A stretch of 64,000 nucleotides of DNA from a virus, in IMG/VR virus record IMGVR_UViG_3300008952_000012, positions 32,001-96,000 of that record, one strand, 5' to 3'. The notes beneath the pieces are model-generated. The model saw only the letters and a program-made list of their open reading frames with translations, was not told the DNA's origin and did no database searches. The stretch's first letter is position 1; every line of letters starts with the position of its first letter. Below, in pieces: positions 56,647-64,000 of this stretch. Made by a program: the position numbers and the translations under genes.

Positions 56647-57078
56647 CTAGCTCACCTTGATCTTGATCTCCGAGGGACCGTTGACTCTAGGTGTTCCAAG
56701 TACCTTTTCACGGAACTTGTTGACCTGATCAGCGTTAAACTGTCCAGAGATCAAGCCCTGCTCAATGGCCTTGTTGTTGATTTTTCCGATAACCCCGGGG
56801 GTAGTCAAAACCTCCATGGGGAGATCGTGAGCAGTGTAGTCCCAAGACTCGGGAGCCTTTTGTCGGGTAAAGGAACCAATAGTCAAAGAGTCGTTACCCT
56901 CTACGGATTTCAAAGCAGCTTTGGCTTCTTTGTGTAGAGCGTTGTACCGCTCGGCAAGGTCATAAAGAATATCGAAAGTCTTTTGGTGATCATCGATAAA
57001 CTCAGCCACTGCGGTTCGCGCTTCTTCAAAACGGTTGCAGGCTTCCTCAGCCTTCTTTCTTGTACTTCTGTAGCTCAT
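56647..57078 (-). CDS. Hypothetical protein with an N-terminal coiled coil
   Basis: 143 aa, AGGAGG RBS. Confidence 0.65.
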   Translation of the reverse strand: MSYRSTRKKAEEACNRFEEARTAVAEFIDDHQKTFDILYDLAERYNALHKEAKAALKSVEGNDSLTIGSFTRQKAPESWDYTAHDLPMEVLTTPGVIGKINNKAIEQGLISGQFNADQVNKFREKVLGTPRVNGPSEIKIKVS

Positions 57079-57089
57079 TTGTGTCCTCC

Positions 57090-57743
57090 TTAGACGTTGA
57101 ACTGTTTTGCCACATCAAGGGCGTCCCTGATGTTTCCAATTGTCTTATTCCACATACCTCCGACGTTTTGTGACGGGTTGCGGAACAGTTGATTGATTGA
57201 TGGCAGAACCATCATGGGAACCGGGTATTCAACCAAGTTTCCCTGTATGAAAGCTTCTGTCACCCTTCCACGCGCATCTGACAGCGATGTGGGCCTCGTC
57301 GTAACGCCCTTCATGGCGGCGCTCCCAAAGGCTAAGATGACGTGTGGCTCAATTATGTTTATCTCCGCATGCAAGCGTTCTTGGCAAGCGGATATCTCGC
57401 CCGTCTTTGGTGCGGGTAGCATTTCTATTCGCCCACGAGTTCTCGGGCTTAAGCTAGCGCTAGGGCAAGAGACGACGGGGGTGACCCACACGTAGCTTGG
57501 GTCTATCCCGGAGCGCTTGAAAAGCGATGAGAGAAACTTCCCCTCACCGCCATCAAGCGGGTTCCCCGTAACGGCTGCTCTTGGGCTTACGCGGTCAACT
57601 ACCGCTACAATTTTAGTGTGTATTTTCCCCCGACCACTGATCATAACCTTTCGGTTCTTGTGGAGCGGGCACGCCGAGCAACCCCTGTATTCAAAGAGCA
57701 CGGCGTCAATCTTCTCTTCCAATGCTCTTGTGTTTGAATCCAT
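57090..57743 (-). CDS. Family 4 uracil-DNA glycosylase-like protein, apparently catalytically degenerate
   Basis: CSACPLHKNRK...SGRG, GKFL..L....GID, VVSCP, EISACQERL.AEI.II.P.VI.AFG..A. The Fe-S cysteines are retained but the active-site motifs are altered. Confidence 0.75.
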   Translation of the reverse strand: MDSNTRALEEKIDAVLFEYRGCSACPLHKNRKVMISGRGKIHTKIVAVVDRVSPRAAVTGNPLDGGEGKFLSSLFKRSGIDPSYVWVTPVVSCPSASLSPRTRGRIEMLPAPKTGEISACQERLHAEINIIEPHVILAFGSAAMKGVTTRPTSLSDARGRVTEAFIQGNLVEYPVPMMVLPSINQLFRNPSQNVGGMWNKTIGNIRDALDVAKQFNV

Positions 57744-59136
57744 TTGCTAAAATCTTCCGGCGTAAGTTTCTACACATAGCCCCTGCTGGGCCAAATTTAT
57801 AATCGTCGATTACAACTACAATTGGTTCCTTTTTGTTTGGGTATCGTCTTTCGATCCTACCCTTACCTTGCTGAAAAGAGCCCCAGGCCTTGAACGGCGT
57901 AGCAAAAACAAGCGTGTCTAGCGCGGAAACATCCAAACCCTCCCTGGCTATGCCGAAGGTCGCAAACGTTACGTTGCTATCACGAATTACTTTTGTGCGC
58001 ATATCACCTGAGGTGTCCCCAGTGACAACACCGGCTGTATACCTTTCCATACAGTGAGTGTCGAGCAACTTTCGCAAAAGTATGTCGGGGTGGTCTTTAC
58101 TGTGGGTAAGGACTAGGATTTTTCTTCCCTTCCCCAAAGCGTCGTATACGACTGAAAGGATTTCCCTGTTTCGGGTCCCAGACTTTGAGAAGTATGTGTA
58201 CATTTTACCGGCAGAAAATTCCCCGGTAATATCACGAATTTCCGACGCGTCCTTTGGCATGGTTGTCCCAACCTTCTTAAAGAAGATCTTGGCCTCAAGG
58301 TCGCCAACGAGATCGCTATGGAATATTGGTCCAATATGCGAGTAGTAGACGTCCTCAAGACCATCTTCCCTTACGGGGGTTGCGGTCAATCCGTATCTAT
58401 TACCGTAAAATAAAGGAGCCGTTTGGCTGAATGTGGACGCGGACAGGTGATGAACTTCATCAAAAATCACGGTCCCAAATCTAGCCCTGATCTCCTGGGG
58501 TACATCGTGCGCTCTTTTGGACAGCGTGTGTATCATTGCTAGTACCAGGGGCTTGTCCCATTCTTCTTTTGGGCCCTGCACGATGCCTATATCACTCTCC
58601 TGTATACCCAGGAACTCTAGCGCCCGTTCTTTCCATTGGTCCATTAGCCCAGAGTTGTTAACAATGACTATGGCTGGGTAGCCTCTTTCTGCTATCTTTT
58701 TTAGAGCGAGTACAGTTTTTCCCTTGCCACAGGCTAGGTTCAAAACCCCAAAAGATTGCTTTTTGAAGGCCTCCCAGGCGATTTTTTGATCTTTGTCTCT
58801 GGGGGTAATTCTATCCCCAAAATCAAACTTCTCAAGAGAATCACTGAGCGGAAGCTCCGTCCAGTGTCCTATTTTAGATTTCCACTCTTCTTCTGTAAAA
58901 AAGTGTCGAGCTATTACTACGTAATCCCCAACCTCCCTTGCGAGTGGATATGTATTAGTATCTCCTGTCCGTTCATTAACCGATACGATCTTTGCAGCGT
59001 TTATTAGCGCTGATTTGTTTGGGATGTCCTCAGAAGGTATCCACATCCAAGCCGAACGATATGATCCGGAAAGGGACTTGCCTGAATCGGACTCGGGAAA
59101 ATAAACCTTGTCCGAGTTCTTCTTCTTGTTAGCCAA
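57706..59136 (-). CDS. Superfamily 2 DNA helicase (UvsW/XPB/ResIII-like)
   Basis: LNLACGKGKT, FDEVHH, GLTATP.REDG, EGLDV..LD and QGKGRIER motifs. Confidence 0.9.
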   Translation of the reverse strand: MANKKKNSDKVYFPESDSGKSLSGSYRSAWMWIPSEDIPNKSALINAAKIVSVNERTGDTNTYPLAREVGDYVVIARHFFTEEEWKSKIGHWTELPLSDSLEKFDFGDRITPRDKDQKIAWEAFKKQSFGVLNLACGKGKTVLALKKIAERGYPAIVIVNNSGLMDQWKERALEFLGIQESDIGIVQGPKEEWDKPLVLAMIHTLSKRAHDVPQEIRARFGTVIFDEVHHLSASTFSQTAPLFYGNRYGLTATPVREDGLEDVYYSHIGPIFHSDLVGDLEAKIFFKKVGTTMPKDASEIRDITGEFSAGKMYTYFSKSGTRNREILSVVYDALGKGRKILVLTHSKDHPDILLRKLLDTHCMERYTAGVVTGDTSGDMRTKVIRDSNVTFATFGIAREGLDVSALDTLVFATPFKAWGSFQQGKGRIERRYPNKKEPIVVVIDDYKFGPAGAMCRNLRRKILANGFKHKSIGRED

Positions 59137-59137
59137 G

Positions 59138-59578
59138 TCAGTCCTCCAGTATTTTTGTTATGTTTTGTCGAATAAAGTATTCGATACTGTCCGTCCTTTT
59201 TCCGTCCAGGTTCTCAAAGAAGAGGTTAAGTAGCCGGTCTACCTTGTCGGCATCCACCTCAGTTTCAGTAATAAACTTCTTAAGTTCGGAATTTGCTGAT
59301 GGTCCAAATGCCCGTTTTTTGGCTAGTTTTTTGTCGCTTCTCTCTTTGCAGACAGAGGCTATAATCTGCTTAGCCTCCTGATCCACATCGGGGTCCACGT
59401 TTAGCGCCACGAACATTTTCATTAGGCTTTGGTTGGAGGGAGCCGAACCGCCAGATTCATACAGGCGGACGGTTTCCCTACTCAGGCCACATTCGGTCGC
59501 GAACTGCCTAGAGGAGTACCCTCGCTCCGTTCGCATCCTTTGGAGCATGGCCCCAAAGTGGTTTACTTTTTCTCCCAC
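59138..59578 (-). CDS. XRE-family HTH transcriptional regulator
   Basis: FGAMLQRMRTERGYSSRQFATECGLSRETVRLYESGGSAPS; GTG start. Confidence 0.85.
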   Translation of the reverse strand: MGEKVNHFGAMLQRMRTERGYSSRQFATECGLSRETVRLYESGGSAPSNQSLMKMFVALNVDPDVDQEAKQIIASVCKERSDKKLAKKRAFGPSANSELKKFITETEVDADKVDRLLNLFFENLDGKRTDSIEYFIRQNITKILED

Positions 59579-59580
59579 AG

Positions 59581-59874
59581 CTACTCCTCATCATCATCGG
59601 ATTCCCCGCCGTCTTGACAGCTATCTTTGTATACGACAAGATCTTCTTTGTCACAAGTTTCTTCCTGGTCAAGAAGGTGTTGATCTGAATCTTCTGGATT
59701 TGCGAGTTGCTTTGACGTGTTATTATTTCCTTGTGATCGGAGTTGATTGGAAATGGAAGACAGCATATCGGCTAAGCCGTCTATAGCTATCTCAAGGAAG
59801 TCTTTTCCTTGCGGGTCCTGTAACTCCTTTGGTACTTCTACTTTAATGGTATATCTATTATCATCAGTTGACAT
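59581..59874 (-). CDS. First gene of the replication operon, acidic hypothetical protein
   Basis: GGAGG RBS before ATG 59874. The 59982 start in the track overlaps the divergent gene. Confidence 0.6.
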   Translation of the reverse strand: MSTDDNRYTIKVEVPKELQDPQGKDFLEIAIDGLADMLSSISNQLRSQGNNNTSKQLANPEDSDQHLLDQEETCDKEDLVVYKDSCQDGGESDDDEE

Positions 59875-59920
59875 GTTCACTAGCCTCCGGGTTTGGTGTA
59901 ATTGAGTGTGGGTAGCATGG

Positions 59921-59952
59921 TGCTTATACCAAAAAGCTAATAGCCCTTGTGG
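59921..59952 (-). promoter_or_regulatory. Variant promoter motif CCACAA-N16-GGTATAAGCA at the head of the replication operon
   Basis: 8/10 match to GGCATAAGAA, about 47 nt upstream of ATG 59874, with a 4/6 match to the upstream box. Confidence 0.4.
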
Positions 59953-59960
59953 AGAACGGC

Positions 59961-61010
59961 ATGACAGAATTTTCAGGTACATACGACCATTACGACGATA
60001 ACGGCCTTTTGCTCCGAAAGGAGATGGGCGAGAAAGGGATTCCCCCTGTGATCAAGACCGCTGCTGATTTATCGAATCCAGCAACGAGGCATGAGGGGGA
60101 TTACGCGGTTGTCGCGGAGACACAGCGGGGGGTTGCTTACAAGTATCCAGTATCAGATGCTGGAAACGCTGTAGCGTCTGCCGTATATTTTTCTGAGTAC
60201 GGGCACAAACTCCCGCAAGAACTCAGAAAGACCGCAGCAGCAGCCATTAATGAAGCCCTCTCTGGTTTCGGGTTTACGCCCCCGGAGGACCTTACCAAGA
60301 CAGCCTCGATGGAACTTGGTTACAGCGGAGAGGGGGACAACATGTCTCTTGAAAAGCTGTTTGGTGTTGGCGGCGAAGACGACCCAATGGAGGTTGTGGA
60401 AGACGCTTTTTCCAAGCTGAGCCCCCGTGGCAAGAGCCGATTGGCCATGCAGGTCAAGGAGGCCGGTCTGCTTGAGAACGCCCCGGAAGAGCTTTCTGAC
60501 TACTTGTCGCGAGACATCCCCGGAGTTGGGCCTAACTTTGACACTGCTGTTGACACCCGGAAGCTTGTCCTCTTGGACGCAAACGCTTCGGAGGAGCTAG
60601 ACGAGCTTCAAAAGACATCGCAGTCTAAGTTTCTTAACCCAGAAGCCGTTGCGGAAGAACTTTCCCTGTTTGACCAAAAGCACCAGATCACGCATTTGTA
60701 TGATCGCGTAATAATCGATCCATGGAAAGCGGTTCACAGCGAGTCTGAAAAGACGGCTTCTTACGGGATTAAGATTGACGCTGACCAAATTAGTGATGCT
60801 GTTGACAGTTCTAAGGTTGTTGAAATCAACGGTAAAGAGTATACATCTGACGCAATTAATTCCTGGACCAACGATTCTGGGGCAGAAAAGCTGACCGACG
60901 CCTTTGGCGAAGAGTTCGCTAATGAATTCAAGGAAGACCCTGCGGTTGTTCTTGAGAGCCTCCCGGTTACTCACAGGAATGCAATAGCGCGGATGATTGA
61001 TGATAACTGA
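59961..61010 (+). CDS. Acidic K-T-A-repeat head-module protein (putative scaffold/core)
   Basis: ATG 59961 with a GGAG RBS. Motifs IKTAA, RKTAA, TKTAS, VKEAG and EKTAS; two genes upstream of the portal. Confidence 0.65.
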   Translation: MTEFSGTYDHYDDNGLLLRKEMGEKGIPPVIKTAADLSNPATRHEGDYAVVAETQRGVAYKYPVSDAGNAVASAVYFSEYGHKLPQELRKTAAAAINEALSGFGFTPPEDLTKTASMELGYSGEGDNMSLEKLFGVGGEDDPMEVVEDAFSKLSPRGKSRLAMQVKEAGLLENAPEELSDYLSRDIPGVGPNFDTAVDTRKLVLLDANASEELDELQKTSQSKFLNPEAVAEELSLFDQKHQITHLYDRVIIDPWKAVHSESEKTASYGIKIDADQISDAVDSSKVVEINGKEYTSDAINSWTNDSGAEKLTDAFGEEFANEFKEDPAVVLESLPVTHRNAIARMIDDN

Positions 61011-61674
61011 TAGCGCCACACAACCTGCCAGGGAACAGGAGCCGATTCGAGCGGCCTTTACAAACAAGGATATCCACCCGCTTGTTCTAAACCTGATCCT
61101 GGTCAAAGAATTTGGACCGGAGTATCTTTCTTGGGAACCTGAGACATGTTGGGTAGAAATATCTAAAACGTGGAACTCAACGGTTTCTGAGGTAAACAGG
61201 AACAAAATCCAAGCAGTTCGCACGTGCCACACTACGGACCAGCCGTACGAAAGATGGGAAGTGTTTGATTCTGTTTCACTGGGACTCCTTGGTGTGCCAC
61301 CGAAATTCGACTTAATCCAGAAGCCGACTCCACACCGAGCGGCTTTTGCGTTAGAGGTGCTGTCCCAGATAAAAGAAAGCCGGAAGGTCTCAGATGAGGT
61401 GTATAGGTACGTATCTGCATGCATGCTGGACTACGGCATGGTTTTCGGCACCGGCCCTTTAAGTCCGTGCAATAAAATAATGGCTACGCTATTAGATCGG
61501 CATGGGAGGTCTCAGCAGGCCTCCGTTGGGGAAGCGATTCGAGAAAGCAAGCAGCCCACATTTGATGGAAATAGCGATAGCGACGTCCAGCTTATGAAAA
61601 CTTTGTCTGTTAAAGACTTCCTTGAGGGCACGTCAAGGATGCTTCTCATACAGCTAAAGAAGCATCTTTCGTAG
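60997..61674 (+). CDS. Hypothetical head-module protein upstream of the portal
   Basis: 225 aa ORF overlapping the upstream gene and directly before the portal. Confidence 0.65.
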   Translation: MMITDSATQPAREQEPIRAAFTNKDIHPLVLNLILVKEFGPEYLSWEPETCWVEISKTWNSTVSEVNRNKIQAVRTCHTTDQPYERWEVFDSVSLGLLGVPPKFDLIQKPTPHRAAFALEVLSQIKESRKVSDEVYRYVSACMLDYGMVFGTGPLSPCNKIMATLLDRHGRSQQASVGEAIRESKQPTFDGNSDSDVQLMKTLSVKDFLEGTSRMLLIQLKKHLS

Positions 61675-61686
61675 GGAGCGATTACT

Positions 61687-63708
61687 ATGGCGTATGGAAA
61701 TGACCGGTCGGGACGACACACTCTCGGGAGCAGATCTCGCGCAAAAACAATTGGGCGTCCCGAGTCTTTTTACCCCAGCCCATTCTTTGACGTAGCGCAG
61801 AATTATCTACCAAAGACCATCAAAGAGACCTTTGACTGGTGCCTGTACTACCAACTAACAAACCCACTCATCAGCGCCGTTACTAGCAAGCTGGCAACTT
61901 ACCCAATCACTGACCTTATCTATGAGGATGACAATGAGGGTTTGGTTGAAATGTATCGGGACATGTTCGAGGGGCAGTTTTTGCTTCGGCAGTTCCTCAT
62001 CGAAACAAACCTAGACAGGTACACTTACGGAAACGCTTTTGTGTCCGTCTCGTTCCCGTTCAAAAAGACCCTTAAGTGTAAGCACTGCAGCGCTACAAAG
62101 CCTGCCAAGGATATCAAGTACAAATGGAAGAACTTTAGATTCCACATCACGTGCGACAGTTGCCTCCAGAGCGGCGTAGCCGAGGTCAAGGACGAACACA
62201 TAAAGTCCGCTAAGCAGATCAGGCTTATTCGTTGGAACCCTAAGAGTATTACCGTAAAATACAACGAAGTAACTGGAGCTAGTCAGTACTACTATTCGAT
62301 GCCAAGGCACATGCGTAACGACATTATGCTTGGCAAGCCTTCAATGGTTGAGACCATCCCACAGGTTTTCATAGAGGCGCTCAGGAAAAAGAAGTCGATC
62401 CTCTTAGAAAGCTCCAAACTGTTCCACTGCAAGAGAGCCGCGATTTCCCGTGACCCGTCCGATAGTGGGTGGGGTGCTCCACTAATCCTTCCTGTTTTGA
62501 AAGACATATTTTTCTTGCAGGTTCTCAGAAAAGCACAAGAAGCCGTTGCCCTTGAGCATATTGTCCCCATGAGGGTGATGTTTCCCCAGGTAACCACTGA
62601 CGGAAACAACCCCTACGCCCACGTCAATCTCCAGGACTGGCAGAACGAGGTTGTGGGTCAGATAAAAAAATGGCGGATGGACAATAACCACATACCGGTT
62701 ATGCCCGTTCCTGTTGGCTATCAAATGATTGGTGGGCAGGGGAAGTCGCTCCTTCTCCATCAAGAACTGCGCGTATATAACGACCAAATAATTGCTGGCA
62801 TGGGCGTCCCCACCGGGTTTTTCTATGGTGAGCAGCAGTACTCTGGCGCATCCGTCAACATGCGGGCGCTTGAAAATGAGTTTCTCGGGAACCGTCAGGA
62901 CATGCTCAGGCTTGTAGAGTTTGTAAGAGATCGTGTCTGCGCGTTCTTAGACATGCCGAAAATGACGCTGAAGTTTAAGCCGTTCAAGATGGCTGACGAT
63001 ATTCAGAGAGCGTCGTTCGACATGAATTTGGCCAACGCCGGGATGATTAGTAGGCGCAGCTTCTTGGAGTCTCGTGACTTTAACTTTGACACTGAGCAGG
63101 AGCTTATTCACGAAGAAGGCAAGAAGCTCAATAGAGCCCAACGAGAAGGTATGATTTCCAACGCCGAGTCTCAGGGCGAAGCGATGCTTATCAATACCCG
63201 ATACCAAATCCAGTCCCAAGAGCTTCAAATGGAAGCCCAGCAGCAGCAACAGGCCAGCGGGCTGATGCCACCACAGCAACCCGGCCAACCCGGCCAACAG
63301 GCTGGCCCGCCGCCAGGACCGCCTCAGGAGGGGGCTCCCCCGGAAGCAGCGCAGCAACCGGGGCAAGAGGGTGGTGCCCCGCCGCCCGAGCAGCAACAGG
63401 CAAGCGGTCAGCCGCCGCCTGAGCAAGGGGCACCACTTCCCCCAGAAGCGGGTGTAGACCAAAGCCCTGTCGGCGCAGGAAACACCGGGCAGATGGTTGA
63501 CCTGTTTGCGCAAGCCAAGCGGCTTACGGCGCAGATAAAGAAAATGGCGGAAGTAGATAGATACCGGGCGCTGGCACAGTTACGTGCCAGCAATCCCGAT
63601 ATCTATATGCTTGTAAACAACGCTCTATCTGGTGCTGGCATAAAGACCATGCAGCAGTTACCCGAAAAGCTTCCTCCTAGGGCAAACCCAGACAGGGCAC
63701 AAATTTAG
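61687..63708 (+). CDS. Phage portal protein with a zinc-ribbon insertion and a Pro/Gln-rich C-terminal extension
   Basis: NPLISAVTSKLATYPIT, YGNAFVS, WGAPLILPVL and Q.IIAGMGVP..F are portal-like motifs. CKHC...CDSC insert. Confidence 0.75.
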   Translation: MAYGNDRSGRHTLGSRSRAKTIGRPESFYPSPFFDVAQNYLPKTIKETFDWCLYYQLTNPLISAVTSKLATYPITDLIYEDDNEGLVEMYRDMFEGQFLLRQFLIETNLDRYTYGNAFVSVSFPFKKTLKCKHCSATKPAKDIKYKWKNFRFHITCDSCLQSGVAEVKDEHIKSAKQIRLIRWNPKSITVKYNEVTGASQYYYSMPRHMRNDIMLGKPSMVETIPQVFIEALRKKKSILLESSKLFHCKRAAISRDPSDSGWGAPLILPVLKDIFFLQVLRKAQEAVALEHIVPMRVMFPQVTTDGNNPYAHVNLQDWQNEVVGQIKKWRMDNNHIPVMPVPVGYQMIGGQGKSLLLHQELRVYNDQIIAGMGVPTGFFYGEQQYSGASVNMRALENEFLGNRQDMLRLVEFVRDRVCAFLDMPKMTLKFKPFKMADDIQRASFDMNLANAGMISRRSFLESRDFNFDTEQELIHEEGKKLNRAQREGMISNAESQGEAMLINTRYQIQSQELQMEAQQQQQASGLMPPQQPGQPGQQAGPPPGPPQEGAPPEAAQQPGQEGGAPPPEQQQASGQPPPEQGAPLPPEAGVDQSPVGAGNTGQMVDLFAQAKRLTAQIKKMAEVDRYRALAQLRASNPDIYMLVNNALSGAGIKTMQQLPEKLPPRANPDRAQI

Positions 63709-63939
63709 CTATGTATTTTGAGTTGCTATCAGTATTGCGGACATCTCGTTGCATCTATCGCACCTACCTCTCTGGTAGAACGATGAAGGATGGTCCTCTT
63801 GTTTGATACAACGAGAACATACCCACGCAACGCAACCTGTATTCTCAATGAAGTGAATACATTCGCCGCAGTTTCTGGGTTCGTTACACCAGATCCCAGC
63901 AACATCACAGGCAATGGCTTTTGGTGCGCGGGTACTCAT
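63709..63939 (-). CDS. Small Cys-rich (zinc-binding) protein
   Basis: Nine Cys in 76 aa including three CxxC pairs; its stop abuts the portal stop. Confidence 0.5.
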   Translation of the reverse strand: MSTRAPKAIACDVAGIWCNEPRNCGECIHFIENTGCVAWVCSRCIKQEDHPSSFYQRGRCDRCNEMSAILIATQNT

Positions 63940-64000
63940 TTAGTTAACTACCTAGTTGCAGGGTACGAGTGCGCCATTAACGGCGTTCGCAAACTCCGCG

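Noticed and set aside
60597-61424. 275 aa minus-strand ORF (and similar ones at 1926..2633, 5884..6603 and 29922..30578)
   Set aside because: These are antisense shadows of well-supported plus-strand genes, with no RBS or recognisable motifs.
50393-63708. Inteins or introns in polA, the helicases or the portal
   Set aside because: Lengths are ordinary, no intein splice junction (C/S...HN-C/S/T) or LAGLIDADG/HNH block was recognised, and the catalytic motifs are contiguous.
1-64000. Stop-codon reassignment or programmed frameshifting
   Set aside because: Standard code 11 gives long, tightly coupled ORFs covering almost the whole window, and no conserved gene is broken.

Overview
This window is a gene-dense piece of a large tailed bacteriophage genome, probably a myovirus, and not a bacterial chromosome. 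It has three blocks. (1) 1-42652 (+) is virion/tail morphogenesis: several small basic proteins that share a K-x-A motif, a sigma-70-family (FliA/WhiG-like) sigma factor embedded among them, two paralogous Ig/Cna-like proteins, a gp25-like and a giant baseplate-J-like wedge protein, and giant tail, fibre and beta-helix proteins of 1777-2716 aa. (2) 42763-59874 (-) is DNA replication/recombination: family A DNA polymerase, primase, DnaB-like and SF2 helicases, SSB, RecA-like, UDG-like, Cas4-like, RusA and Hjc-like resolvases, GIY-YIG, metallophosphoesterase and nucleoid-type proteins. It has cUUCGg terminators and a bipartite promoter-like motif, GCGCAA-N17-GGCATAAGAA. (3) 59961-63708 (+) holds head genes including the portal. 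Best leads: (a) a family of putatively protease-processed, virion-packaged K-x-A precursor proteins that release cationic membrane-active segments; (b) a sigma factor that may be packaged in the virion and drive the early promoter motif; (c) RecA and UDG homologues that have lost their catalytic residues. All calls come from reading the motifs by eye; no database search was run. No rRNA, tRNA, CRISPR array or integrase was seen.
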